64,000 bases of DNA. Source: Gammaproteobacteria bacterium. GTDB taxonomy: Bacteria > Pseudomonadota > Gammaproteobacteria > UBA4575. Numbering within the stretch: position 1 is the first letter of the stretch; the number at the start of each line of letters is the position of its first letter. Below are positions 40,818 to 51,525 of the stretch, piece after piece. The stretch lies in assembly GCA_965203475.1 (NCBI GenBank), contig OZ241890.1, forward strand, positions 606,926 through 670,925, given 5' to 3'. The notes below the pieces were generated by a model, which searched no databases, was not told the origin of the DNA, and saw only the letters and a list, made by a program, of their open reading frames with translations. Both the position numbers and the translations under genes were made by a program.

Positions 40818-42209
40818 ATGAAAGTTATTAAAGAAAAAATTCACAATCTCATTTGGGGAGTAGATATAAAACAGATGCCTTGGTGGATGTCAGCTGTTGT
40901 GAGTGTAATTCGATTTATACACATCATGATTATAGATTTTACGGATGGGCAACTAAATTTACGTGCGATGAGTTTAGTTTTTACAACCGTGCTCTCAATT
41001 GTTCCGTTATTTGCCGTCAGCTTTTCAGTTATGGCTGCTTTTGGTCTACGCACCCAAATGGAACCAATGTTATTAAATTACTTGGCTCCGTTAGGAGCAC
41101 AAGGGCAGGAAATCGCGAATAACATTACAAGTTTCGTGAATAACATAAATATTAAAGGTCTGGGGGCAATCGGCCTGATCACGTTATTTTTAATTATTAT
41201 TCGTTTAATCAATAAAATTGAGCTTGCATTTAATTATACCTGGCGAGTTCAGCAAACAGGATCACTCATTCGTAGACTTGCCAATTACTTACTAGTAATT
41301 GTTTTTGGCCCAATTTTGGTGTTAGGCGCATTGGCGATCACCGGAACTGTATTAAACACGACTGTAGCGCAAGCAATTATTTCAGTAGAGCCATTTGGCA
41401 CATTACTAAGCTTTGCATCTAAATTAGTTCCTTATTTATTGGTAATTGTCGCATTTACATTTACCTATTTATTTATTCCAAATGCAAAAGTACGAGTGAT
41501 ACCTGCACTGGTTGGTGGAATTGCGGCAGGTATTCTTTGGCAAACAGTTGGTTGGGTTTTTGCAACTGCAGTTTCCACTTCCATGACAGCGAATTACACG
41601 GCTATCTATTCTGGCTTTGCATTTTTGTTTGTATTCATGATTTGGTTATGGTGGAGTTGGTTAATATTGTTAGTGGGCTCCAGTGTAGCTTTTTATCGCC
41701 AATATCCAGAGTATTTGTTTGTCAACACGTTAACGCTTGTATTAACGAATCGACAAAGAGAAGAGCTGGCGTTAATTATCATGACTAATATTGGGCAAAG
41801 ATTTTATTCCAATACTTGTCCGGTTTCAGCAAATGATTTGGTTGAAATCTTACAATTACCAAAGCAATCAATTGAGAGAGTATTAAATTTATTTGAGGAG
41901 AGAAAGATTTTAACGAAAGTGGATGACGAGGATCCGATGTATACTCCAGCCCGCCCATTAGAAGAGTTATCATTAAAGGAGGTCATAGATTGTGTGCGAG
42001 AACCAGAACCTGGCAATGTATTACAGACATCTATCGAACATCAGAATTCTAAAATTATTCAATATATAGATTCAATTGATTCTAAAATTGACGAAATTAT
42101 GGGGAACAAAATGTTAAAGGAAGTCATTCTTGAAACGATGCAAAATGAAGATGAAAATGGTAGTGCAGCTATTACACCAATCAAGATTGCGGAACGTAAT
42201 AAAAATTGA
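40818..42209 (+). CDS. YihY/BrkB family membrane protein with a roughly 170 aa C-terminal cytoplasmic extension
   Basis: LRAMSLVFTTVLSIVPLFAV family signature. Six TM helices followed by an extra soluble domain. Confidence 0.7.
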   Translation: MKVIKEKIHNLIWGVDIKQMPWWMSAVVSVIRFIHIMIIDFTDGQLNLRAMSLVFTTVLSIVPLFAVSFSVMAAFGLRTQMEPMLLNYLAPLGAQGQEIANNITSFVNNINIKGLGAIGLITLFLIIIRLINKIELAFNYTWRVQQTGSLIRRLANYLLVIVFGPILVLGALAITGTVLNTTVAQAIISVEPFGTLLSFASKLVPYLLVIVAFTFTYLFIPNAKVRVIPALVGGIAAGILWQTVGWVFATAVSTSMTANYTAIYSGFAFLFVFMIWLWWSWLILLVGSSVAFYRQYPEYLFVNTLTLVLTNRQREELALIIMTNIGQRFYSNTCPVSANDLVEILQLPKQSIERVLNLFEERKILTKVDDEDPMYTPARPLEELSLKEVIDCVREPEPGNVLQTSIEHQNSKIIQYIDSIDSKIDEIMGNKMLKEVILETMQNEDENGSAAITPIKIAERNKN

Positions 42210-42243
42210 ATTGACTAGCCTAAGAACATAGAGAGAATACATT

Positions 42244-42606
42244 ATGAGTGAACCTGCGTTGGATGAAATTAAATTAAAACTTAGAGAGTTTGCACAAAAG
42301 CGCGACTGGGAACAGTTTCATAGCCCCAAGAATTTATCCATGGCGCTTTCTGTTGAAGCATCGGAAATTGTTGAACATTTTCAATGGATGACAGAACAAG
42401 AGAGCTCAGAATTAACCGCGAAGCGTCATGCGGCTGTGGCGTTTGAAATGGCAGATGTATTTATATTTTTATTGCGCCTGTCTGATATATTAAATATCGA
42501 CCTTATGGAAGTTACCAAAAGAAAAGTCGAACTCAATGAAAAGCGCTATCCCATTGATTTGGTAAAGGGTAGTGCTAAAAAGCATTCTGAATATGAGGAA
42601 TCGTGA
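42244..42606 (+). CDS. MazG-like nucleoside triphosphate pyrophosphohydrolase (small single-domain form)
   Basis: EASEIVEHFQW and EMADVFIFLLRL motifs of the all-alpha NTP pyrophosphatase fold. Confidence 0.65.
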   Translation: MSEPALDEIKLKLREFAQKRDWEQFHSPKNLSMALSVEASEIVEHFQWMTEQESSELTAKRHAAVAFEMADVFIFLLRLSDILNIDLMEVTKRKVELNEKRYPIDLVKGSAKKHSEYEES

Positions 42607-42651
42607 AATAAATATTCCTTCATTTCTTTAAATTTCTAGTAATCAAATTTC

Positions 42652-43833
42652 GTGTCTGAACCAACTCAAGAGCTTTCGGTTCAAGAAAGCAATGTAACTA
42701 TTTTGGGAACCGCGCATGTATCCCGCGCAAGTGCTGATAAAGTGAAAGAGCTTGTGCAGTCGGGAAGCTTTGATGTGGTCTGTATAGAACTATGTCAAAG
42801 TCGCTATAACGCAATTATGAATCCAAATTTATTGGCGGAGATGGATTTATTTAAAGTCATTAAAGAAGGTAAGGCAAGTATGGTTACGGCGAGTCTTGCG
42901 CTTGGCGCTTATCAGCAAAGAATGGCAGAACAGCTGGGGATTGAGCCAGGGGTAGAAATGAAAACGGCTATCAACGAAGCACAAGCTTTAAGTTTGCCCG
43001 TCGTTTTAATCGACAGAGAAATTGGGACTACACTGAAGCGAGTGTATCGAAATGTCCCTTTTTGGAAGCGCTTATATTTAGTGTCTGGATTATTTGCCAG
43101 TGTCTTGTCGCGCGAGAAAGTTTCTGAAGAAGAAATAGAAAAATTAAAAAGTGGCGACATGTTGGAAACCACTTTTGCTCAATTTTCTGAAGATGCAAAA
43201 GATTTATTTGTCCCACTTATTGATGAGAGAGACCAATACATGTCTGCAAAAATTGTAAATGCCGCGAGTGATCACGCAGGGAAAAATCTTTTAGCCGTAG
43301 TTGGTGCAGGACATATCAGTGGAATGAAAAATTACTTACAACAAGATGATTTGGATGCTCAAGTTATTATTAGTGAATTAGATATAGTCCCCAAGAAAAC
43401 ATCATGGTTCAAGTTTGTTCCTTGGATTATTGTCGCTTTAATTTGTTTTGGTTTTTATTTGGGCTTTCAAAAAAGCCCTGAATTAGGTTGGAATTTAGTG
43501 TGGCAATGGATAATTATTAATGGAAGTCTATCTGCTTTAGGAGCAGCCATTGCGGGCGCACATATTATAACCATCGTTACTGCATTTGTTGCAGCACCTA
43601 TTACTTCATTAAATCCCACAATCGGTGCAGGGATGGTCACAGCAGCCGTTGAATTATTTATCCGAAAACCAACAGTGAGTGATTTTAGTAATCTTCGTGC
43701 AGATACAGCCAATGCTAAGGGTTGGCGAAAGAATAGGGTGGCAAGAATTTTATTAATATTTTTCTTAAGTTCTTTAGGTTCAGCGATTGGAACCTATGTA
43801 GCAGGATTTAGAATTTTTAATCAGTTGACTTAG
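42652..43833 (+). CDS. TraB/GumN/PrgY family protein with C-terminal TM region
   Basis: ILGTAHVS signature near the N-terminus. Confidence 0.65.
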   Translation: MSEPTQELSVQESNVTILGTAHVSRASADKVKELVQSGSFDVVCIELCQSRYNAIMNPNLLAEMDLFKVIKEGKASMVTASLALGAYQQRMAEQLGIEPGVEMKTAINEAQALSLPVVLIDREIGTTLKRVYRNVPFWKRLYLVSGLFASVLSREKVSEEEIEKLKSGDMLETTFAQFSEDAKDLFVPLIDERDQYMSAKIVNAASDHAGKNLLAVVGAGHISGMKNYLQQDDLDAQVIISELDIVPKKTSWFKFVPWIIVALICFGFYLGFQKSPELGWNLVWQWIIINGSLSALGAAIAGAHIITIVTAFVAAPITSLNPTIGAGMVTAAVELFIRKPTVSDFSNLRADTANAKGWRKNRVARILLIFFLSSLGSAIGTYVAGFRIFNQLT

Positions 43834-45929
43834 TAATTTCTAAATACAAATGAACTAGAATTGTTAGCATCGAGTTGTTTTGCAAGATCAATTGCGATAT
43901 GCGCGGTTTCATCCAATAAAACATCTATCTGGGCATCGTCATCATCTAGCTTGTTTAAATTTGCTTCTGTATCTTTTAGCAGATTCTGATAAGACTCACG
44001 ACTATCTTCAATTCGTGCAAATTCTTGTTTTCTGGTTTTCTCTAATAAAGAAATCGTTTTGTTATTTCTTAATTCGTTATCCAATTGTAGTATTTCATAA
44101 AGAGATTTAAACTTTTTATCGTTTTTTGTTCTTGAGCGATGCAAAGAAGAAGTTTCTTTCAGAATATTTTTATTTACAGACCACACGTAATGTTTAACAG
44201 GTGAAATTGAGCTCCAAGGTAAGGCATTATCTAGAGAGCGTTCACCATATTTTTCTTGTGAATATACAGTATTAAAATTAATATCAGGTACTACACCTCG
44301 ATATTGTGTGCTACCCCCTTCAATACGAAAGTACTGGGCAATCGTGGCTTTTAATTGTCCCAGTTTTGCATCGTTTGCTCTGGCAAAATTATTTAGATCA
44401 ACCAGTTGTTGTACAGTACCTTTGCCAAAAGTTGTTTCACCGACGACGATTCCTCTTTGATAGTCTTGGATGGCGCTGGCGACTATTTCTGAAGCCGAAG
44501 CGCTAAATCGGTCAACCAAAACAACTAAGGGACCACTGTAGGATATTCCAGAATCATGGTCTCGGTGTACTTCGATGTGGCCGCTTGAATCTTGTACCTG
44601 AACAATGGGCCCTTCATCAATAAATAATCCAGTTAGCTGAGTCGCTTCTGTTAAAGAGCCACCACCATTTCCACGAAGATCAAGAATCAACGCATCAATT
44701 TTTTCAGATTTTAACTTTGAAATTAAATTTTCAACATCGTGGGTAGTGCTGCGGTAATTTTTATCACCGCGCTGATAAGCAGCAAAGTCGATATAAAATG
44801 TTGGTACATCAATTATTCCAACCTTGTATATGTAATTATTGTCAGGAATTTCTATAACTTCGCTTTTCGCAGCTTGTTCTTCAAGTTTAATTTTGTCGCG
44901 TGTAATTTTAATTTCACGAATTTTCGCTGCTTGTCCTTCATCTCCTGGCAAAATTTGTAATTTAACAATTGTGCCTTTAGCTCCACGAATTAATTTAACG
45001 ACTTCCTCTAGTCTCCAACCTACAACGTCTTTGTATTGACTATTGTTTTGTTGCGCAACACCTACAATTCGATCTTCGGCATGCAATAAGTCACTAAGAT
45101 CTGCTGGTCCACCGGGAATAACGCGTTCAACTACAGTGTATTCGCCATCCGTTCTTAATAATGCGCCAATTCCTTCAAGAGAAAGACTCATTCTGATTTC
45201 AAAATTTTCCGAGCTTCTAGGAGAAAGGTAATTAGTGTGAGGTTCTAGTGTGCTGGCAAACGCATTCATAAATAGCTGGAAAACGTCTTCAGCATCTACT
45301 TGTTGGCTACGCTTTGCTATTGCTTTGTAACGTTTTTCTAAAGTTTCAGTAATTTCCTTTGGTTTTTTATCTGCAAGTCTTAATGTTAAAACATCGTTTT
45401 TAACTCGCTTTCTCCAAACTTCGTCTAATTCCTTGCGGGTTTTAGCCCAGGGATATTCAGATCGATCGATCACCATCTCTTCATCAATAGAAAAGTCAAA
45501 ATTAGATTTAAGTTGATTAAGCGCAAACAAACTTCTTTCATCAACTCGTGCTTGATACAAATGAAACATTTGAAAAGGCGCGCTTAATTCGGGATGTGTT
45601 AATGCATCATCTAACTTGTAACGAAAAATTTGAAAACTATCGATGTCTTTTTGGTAGAAATAACTTTTGTTTGGATCAAGAGAAGTAATGTAAGCATCTA
45701 AGATTTTATCTGAAAGAGTATTATTCAAATTGATTTCTTTGTAATGATATTTGTCTAAAAAATGTGTAATTAATTTTGTTGCTCGTAAATGTTGATTTTG
45801 AGGCTCTAGTCGTTGATCCGTACTTGCATACGAAAATGCACTAGTAAAAACCAACAGCACGACCAGGGTAGCTAAGGCGAGCTTAGGCGGCACATTAATT
45901 TGCTTTGTTAATATCCTGGACAACTTCAT
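43830..45929 (-). CDS. prc: Carboxy-terminal processing (tail-specific) protease
   Basis: PDZ and S41 peptidase regions with the Ser/Lys dyad context. 699 aa. Confidence 0.85.
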   Translation of the reverse strand: MKLSRILTKQINVPPKLALATLVVLLVFTSAFSYASTDQRLEPQNQHLRATKLITHFLDKYHYKEINLNNTLSDKILDAYITSLDPNKSYFYQKDIDSFQIFRYKLDDALTHPELSAPFQMFHLYQARVDERSLFALNQLKSNFDFSIDEEMVIDRSEYPWAKTRKELDEVWRKRVKNDVLTLRLADKKPKEITETLEKRYKAIAKRSQQVDAEDVFQLFMNAFASTLEPHTNYLSPRSSENFEIRMSLSLEGIGALLRTDGEYTVVERVIPGGPADLSDLLHAEDRIVGVAQQNNSQYKDVVGWRLEEVVKLIRGAKGTIVKLQILPGDEGQAAKIREIKITRDKIKLEEQAAKSEVIEIPDNNYIYKVGIIDVPTFYIDFAAYQRGDKNYRSTTHDVENLISKLKSEKIDALILDLRGNGGGSLTEATQLTGLFIDEGPIVQVQDSSGHIEVHRDHDSGISYSGPLVVLVDRFSASASEIVASAIQDYQRGIVVGETTFGKGTVQQLVDLNNFARANDAKLGQLKATIAQYFRIEGGSTQYRGVVPDINFNTVYSQEKYGERSLDNALPWSSISPVKHYVWSVNKNILKETSSLHRSRTKNDKKFKSLYEILQLDNELRNNKTISLLEKTRKQEFARIEDSRESYQNLLKDTEANLNKLDDDDAQIDVLLDETAHIAIDLAKQLDANNSSSFVFRNY

Positions 45930-46213
45930 TCGTCAAAACACATCTAATGGAGCGTACTCATGTATCGGTAACGTCCAATAATAGAAATGGAATTTTGTAA
46001 TCAGTAGATTTAAATAATTATGAGTAAAATTAAGTATATATTTGTAAGCATTTGATTGTAAGGACTATATTTAACTTGCTATGCTTTGCCTCTGTTGGCC
46101 GCTCTAGCCGGTAGAGTTGAGGTGATATGCGGAAATTGTCGTGTGTCATTAATATTTCAACCAGAATGTTGTGGTCATCATAATAATTTTAATAAGTAAA
46201 TTCAGATTACCCT

Positions 46214-47719
46214 TTGACTAAGCAGGAAATTACATCTTTACCCTCGATTGTGGTTGGGAAAAGTGATGCCGTACAAACACTTTTCCTCAAGCGTGCCAAT
46301 CGACATGGGTTAGTTGCGGGGGCTACGGGCACAGGCAAAACGGTTACTTTGCAAATTTTGGCAGAAGGTTTTTCTCAGGTCGGTGTACCGGTGTTTGCAG
46401 CTGATATCAAAGGTGATTTAAGTGGTATTAGCCAAGCCATAACCGCCAAGCCCAAACTTGTGGAGCGAGCTGCTAAGACTGGTGTTGAGAACTACTCTCC
46501 ACGTGGATTTCCGACCCTATTTTGGGACATCTTTGGTAAGCAAGGACATCCAGTAAGGACCACGATTTCGGAAATGGGCCCTCTCTTGTTGTCGAGGTTA
46601 CTAGAACTCAATGATACGCAAGAAGGTGTGCTGAATATTGCTTTTAAGATGGCCGATGATGAAGGGCTACTATTGTTAGATTTCAAGGATTTGCGAGCAA
46701 TTCTTAATCATGTAGGCGAGAATTCATCTGCGATTACGGTGGATTATGGGAATGTAAGTAAGCAGTCGATAGGTGCGATTCAACGAAGATTGTTAGTGCT
46801 TGAACAGCAGGGCGGCAAGAAATTTTTTGGTGAACCGGCATTACAGCTCAATGACTTAATGCGTACCAACACAGATGGAATGGGTTATATCAATTTATTT
46901 GCTGCAGATGAGTTGATGCAAAATCCAAGGTTGTATTCGACATTTTTGCTATGGCTATTATCCGAGCTATTTGAGGAGCTTCCTGAGGTTGGCGATCCGG
47001 AAAAACCAAAATTGGTGTTTTTCTTTGATGAAGCGCATTTACTATTTAAAGATGCTCCGAAAGCACTCATCCAGAAAGTGGAGCAAGTAGTGCGGTTGAT
47101 TCGTTCAAAAGGAGTTGGGGTGTATTTTGTGACTCAGAATCCTGTGGATATTCCTGATGAGATTTTGGGACAGTTGGGGAATCGTATTCAGCATGCATTA
47201 CGGGCGTATACTCCACGCGATAAAAAAGCTGTAAAAGTTGCAGCAACCACCTTCAGAGCCAATCCAGACCTAAATACAGTTCAGGTGATTACAGAACTTG
47301 GAGTGGGGGAAGCATTGGTTTCAGTGCTTGATCCTGAAGGGGTGCCTACCATTGTTCAACAAACAAAAATTCGACCTCCAGAATCTCGTATGGGGCCTGC
47401 AACGAAGTCGGAACGAAAAATCATATTTGAAAAAAGTCCTATTAAAGACGTATACGATAAAGCAATAGATCGGGAAAGTGCATCAGAATTACTCAAACAG
47501 CGTGCAGAACAAGCAGCGAAACACGCCAAAGAAATGGAAAAAGAACGAGAATATAAAGCAGCAAAATCCAAGAAAAAATCTCGTCAATCAACGCGTAGAA
47601 AAACTCGTCGCGAATCAACAACACAAACTGTGATAAAAAGTGCAACAAAAATTGCAACTTCAAGAATGGGTCAAGCAATTATTCGTGGCATTATGGGTTC
47701 AATATTTAAAGGAAAATAA
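46214..47719 (+). CDS. HerA-like / DUF853 (YjgR family) P-loop NTPase
   Basis: Walker A GATGTGKT. Walker B FFFDEAH. Lys/Arg-rich C-terminal tail. Confidence 0.75.
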   Translation: MTKQEITSLPSIVVGKSDAVQTLFLKRANRHGLVAGATGTGKTVTLQILAEGFSQVGVPVFAADIKGDLSGISQAITAKPKLVERAAKTGVENYSPRGFPTLFWDIFGKQGHPVRTTISEMGPLLLSRLLELNDTQEGVLNIAFKMADDEGLLLLDFKDLRAILNHVGENSSAITVDYGNVSKQSIGAIQRRLLVLEQQGGKKFFGEPALQLNDLMRTNTDGMGYINLFAADELMQNPRLYSTFLLWLLSELFEELPEVGDPEKPKLVFFFDEAHLLFKDAPKALIQKVEQVVRLIRSKGVGVYFVTQNPVDIPDEILGQLGNRIQHALRAYTPRDKKAVKVAATTFRANPDLNTVQVITELGVGEALVSVLDPEGVPTIVQQTKIRPPESRMGPATKSERKIIFEKSPIKDVYDKAIDRESASELLKQRAEQAAKHAKEMEKEREYKAAKSKKKSRQSTRRKTRRESTTQTVIKSATKIATSRMGQAIIRGIMGSIFKGK

Positions 47720-47743
47720 AGCTTTAGTAAAAGAGGTTATGTT

Positions 47744-48103
47744 ATGGATGATCTAATTAAAAAATGGGAAATATGTTTAAATCGTAAAGATTTAGATGGG
47801 ATGATTGAACTATATGCAAAAGATGCAATTTTATGGGGAACGTTTTCAGAAATAATTCGAGATAAGCACGAATTAATTCGTGAATATTTTCAGCAACTTT
47901 TTATAAAAAATGAATTAAATGTAAGGTTTTCTAAAACAATTTGTCGTAACTATATGGAAACAACTATTGTTTCTGGACTTTATGAATTTTCCTATACGGA
48001 AGAAAATCTAATTACACATCCTGCTCGATTTACTTTTGTAATTTGCAATATTGGAGACGGTAAATTTAAAATTGTTGAACATCACTCTTCTTTATTGCCT
48101 TAA
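47744..48103 (+). CDS. NTF2-like (SnoaL/DUF4440-type) small protein
   Basis: 119 aa. Alpha+beta cone-fold sequence pattern WEICLNRKDLDGMIELYAKDAILWGTF. Confidence 0.45.
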   Translation: MDDLIKKWEICLNRKDLDGMIELYAKDAILWGTFSEIIRDKHELIREYFQQLFIKNELNVRFSKTICRNYMETTIVSGLYEFSYTEENLITHPARFTFVICNIGDGKFKIVEHHSSLLP

Positions 48104-48109
48104 GCTGGT

Positions 48110-49267
48110 TTAACAACCAGCAAGACCATTAATTAAATTTTCCATCCCGATTTCAATATCTTGATCAGATAGAGCTCCATAGGAAATTCGTAAGTAACAA
48201 CCTGTGCTTATGCCGAATGCAGATCCCGGTATGGTTGCAACTTTGTGTTTTTTGATAAGAGCTTTAGCAAGTTGTATGTCATTCAGTGCTTTATCTATAT
48301 TTAATAATGTATAAAAAGCACCTTCTGAAACTGGTTTTTGTTTGAGACAGTTTAGCTTTTCAAGCATATTTAATACCAGGTTTCGTTTCTTCTGCAACTT
48401 CGCTCTTTTCTCTTGTAAAAAATTTTGGCCTGTTTCTAATGCACCAATTGCAGCATATTGAGAAATAATCGGCGGCGATATTAATATTGTGTCCTGGATT
48501 TTTTTCACGGCATCAAATAAATGTATAGGAATTACCATGTAACCAATTCGCCATCCGGCAAACCCATATCCTTTCGAAAATGAATAAAGAGAAATCGTAT
48601 GCTCTGTATTCTCTTTATTAGAAGCAACAGAGTAATGAAGATTTTTGTCGTAATAAAAATCTTCATATGCTTCATCACTAATGTGATAAATATTATGTTT
48701 TTTGCATAACAAATTTACAGCGTCGAGTTCTGTTTTTGTATAAACAGCTCCACTTGGATTATTAGGGCTAATAGTGACGATTGCTTTAGTGCGTTCTGTA
48801 ATTGCTGCTTCAAGTTTATCTATATACAAATGGAAGTCTTTACCTGTAGCAACCAATACCGCTTTGCAGCGTTCCATGGCTAATGACATTTCATGATTAA
48901 AGTAATAGGGGATCGGAAGTATTACCTCATCGCTCGGATCTGTGATTGCAAGAATTGCAGTGTTAAAGGCCATATTAGATCCGGCTGTTACAACAATAAT
49001 GTTATTGTCATTAATTACTACGTTATTTTGAGTCTCAAGTTTTTTAATCAAAGCTTGCTGTAGTTCTGGAATACCTTCTACAGGACCATATCGGTTAATT
49101 GATTCGTCATTTATGTGATTTTGCACCTTAGTAAAGGCTTCGGGAGGAGGCCCGTAATAAGCAACTCCTTGACCAAAAGAAATGGTGCCAGGGTTTTCTC
49201 GAGAGAGTGCGCCTATTAATGGAATAATAGGTGCTTGCACAGCTTCCATGCGCTGACTACTTTTCAT
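48110..49267 (-). CDS. Class I/II PLP-dependent aminotransferase
   Basis: SFSKGYGFAGWRIGY PLP-lysine motif. Confidence 0.8.
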   Translation of the reverse strand: MKSSQRMEAVQAPIIPLIGALSRENPGTISFGQGVAYYGPPPEAFTKVQNHINDESINRYGPVEGIPELQQALIKKLETQNNVVINDNNIIVVTAGSNMAFNTAILAITDPSDEVILPIPYYFNHEMSLAMERCKAVLVATGKDFHLYIDKLEAAITERTKAIVTISPNNPSGAVYTKTELDAVNLLCKKHNIYHISDEAYEDFYYDKNLHYSVASNKENTEHTISLYSFSKGYGFAGWRIGYMVIPIHLFDAVKKIQDTILISPPIISQYAAIGALETGQNFLQEKRAKLQKKRNLVLNMLEKLNCLKQKPVSEGAFYTLLNIDKALNDIQLAKALIKKHKVATIPGSAFGISTGCYLRISYGALSDQDIEIGMENLINGLAGC

Positions 49268-49279
49268 AATCTAGTTAAA

Positions 49280-51520
49280 TTAATTTGTAATGCGACGATA
49301 AATGTCAGAAACTTTATACGGAAGCTTGTCTACTTTATCAACGACGGCAAAATTTACTGCGCCATACATATGTTTTAAGTAATCCATCGCTTCTTGGTCA
49401 ATCGTAATGCAGAACGGATGAATTCCTAAAAATTTTGCCTCAATTAATGCGCGTCGAGTATCTTCAATTCCATAGGGGCCACGATAACCGTCCCTATCGT
49501 CTGGTCTGCCGTCCGATAGTGTTATCAACAGCTTCGTGCGGGCTTCTATTTGGTTGAGCAGCATCGTCAAATGTCGAATTGCGGCACCCATGCGGGTGTA
49601 ATCTTGCGGCTCAATACCATTGATTCGTGCTTTTATTTCATCGTTGTATGTTTCTTTAAAATTCTTAATCTTGTATAGCTCGCAGCTTTCGTGGGTAGCG
49701 CCTGAAAATCCATAGATTGCATATCGATCACCTAAGGTTTCTAAAGCTTCACACAATAATATGAGTGATACTCGTTCCATTTCGTTGACCCAGCCCGTAG
49801 TAGAGCCACTCATGTCAATCATAAACATTACAGCAATGTTGCGATCCATTTTTCGAGATTTTATGAATAAATTTTGCGAGGCTTCTAAACCAATTTGTGT
49901 ATCGCTATATGCTTCGATGACAGCATCTAGATCTATATCTTCACCATAGGGTTGGTGTTTTAGTCTTTTATCATCTTCTCGTAAAGCCTCAAAGGTTCGG
50001 TGTAAATGTTTTAATAAAGATCGATGTTTGAATAATGTTTCATCTACAAAATTGTTATATACAGGCTTTATGTCGTGCTCTCTTAGATGACACCATTCTT
50101 TACGATATCTTTGCCTAGAATGATCCCACTCATCGTATAAATACACTTTATCTTTATCGATTGTGTTTGAATCGTCTAGGTTAGGTTGATCAGTAGTATA
50201 CTCAGTTTCAATTTCTTCGTTTTGAATTTCTGTTATTAAGTAAGGATCTGGAATTTCTCCTAGGTCCTGTAAAATAGACTGTAAAAGTTGTTGAATATCC
50301 TCTGGAGGGTCAATTGCTTGTTCGTTGAAGTTTAATTGGATTGAAAAACCTTCTGGTGAATCCTCGTCTTCAATTTCTTCAATTGAAAATCTTTCACTGT
50401 CTTCTAATTCAGTATTTGTGTATACCACATTGGTATCTAATTCTTGTTGTAGTTCTGTCAGTCGTTGCTGAAGTTGTTCTTGCTCTTTTTCGATTCTTGA
50501 TTGAATTGTCTTCCAAGTTCTTCTCGGCTCTAAGGTTCCTTGATAAATTTTATCTTCAGGAAACAAATTTTCTTTGTAAACAGATTCTAAAAAAAACATT
50601 GTGTCTTTAACGGTTGCATCTTTTTGTTGCAATACCTCATGAGCGCGTTTCCAGTTTTTTGATAATGAGTCTGTGTTTAGTGTCCCACTAATATTTTTCA
50701 TAACACGTGCTACTCCGGGTAACTCACGTGCAATGCATGCATCTAAGCGAATTGTTTCAAGTTTATGAAATATAGATTGTGCACGTTCAGAATCTTTGAA
50801 GGTTTTAACTAAAGCATCTACATTCATTCGCCATGTTCCAAACCAAGTTTGCGCCCATTGGTGAACTGTCATTGCTTTATATAAAGTAAAATTTTCATCC
50901 TGATTGTTGTAGGTTGATATAAATTCAGGAAGTCGAATAGATTCTGTATCACAAAAATGTTGATCACTAATTTCAATATTTAGACGACGCCCGCTAAGTC
51001 CAATGACGAAGCTTTCAAGAATTCTTGAGATGTCATTAATGGATACACTCGCAGGGGCATGAGATATGGACGCAACATATTCTTTAACCTTGTGTAGCTG
51101 TTCTATAGCACTATTTAAGCCATTTTCTTGGTGATTTTTTAATAACTTAGAAATCCAGTCATCCCATTGACTTTCGTCTAGGGTTTGTAAACCTACATGG
51201 CCTAAATGACAAAAATTAAATCCGAGCTCAATATCGGTGTTGCATAATTGTTCTACTGTGGATAAAAAACGATCTTGGTCCACTTTAGGAAATTCCGCTA
51301 AATTCTTTGCAGGCTCAAATACTCCTCGTTGTGCGGAAAGAACAGGCTCAACAAGTAATTCCATACGTAATTGCAATTCGCGAATGCCCATTCCACCATA
51401 AGAAGCACTGGTAGTTAATCCTTGTCGTTCCAAGGATTTTATAAATCCACCTTCTTCACTGTAAGCACGTATTTCTACTTTTTCACGCTTCTTTTTAGGT
51501 TTCTTTTTTTTCCAAAACAT
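49280..51520 (-). CDS. NorD/CbbO-like large vWA-domain protein (polybasic N-terminus)
   Basis: C-terminal MIDMSGST (DxSxS MIDAS). DGRPDD motif. About 750 aa, as for CbbO/NorD. Confidence 0.6.
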   Translation of the reverse strand: MFWKKKKPKKKREKVEIRAYSEEGGFIKSLERQGLTTSASYGGMGIRELQLRMELLVEPVLSAQRGVFEPAKNLAEFPKVDQDRFLSTVEQLCNTDIELGFNFCHLGHVGLQTLDESQWDDWISKLLKNHQENGLNSAIEQLHKVKEYVASISHAPASVSINDISRILESFVIGLSGRRLNIEISDQHFCDTESIRLPEFISTYNNQDENFTLYKAMTVHQWAQTWFGTWRMNVDALVKTFKDSERAQSIFHKLETIRLDACIARELPGVARVMKNISGTLNTDSLSKNWKRAHEVLQQKDATVKDTMFFLESVYKENLFPEDKIYQGTLEPRRTWKTIQSRIEKEQEQLQQRLTELQQELDTNVVYTNTELEDSERFSIEEIEDEDSPEGFSIQLNFNEQAIDPPEDIQQLLQSILQDLGEIPDPYLITEIQNEEIETEYTTDQPNLDDSNTIDKDKVYLYDEWDHSRQRYRKEWCHLREHDIKPVYNNFVDETLFKHRSLLKHLHRTFEALREDDKRLKHQPYGEDIDLDAVIEAYSDTQIGLEASQNLFIKSRKMDRNIAVMFMIDMSGSTTGWVNEMERVSLILLCEALETLGDRYAIYGFSGATHESCELYKIKNFKETYNDEIKARINGIEPQDYTRMGAAIRHLTMLLNQIEARTKLLITLSDGRPDDRDGYRGPYGIEDTRRALIEAKFLGIHPFCITIDQEAMDYLKHMYGAVNFAVVDKVDKLPYKVSDIYRRITN

Positions 51521-51525
51521 AATAC

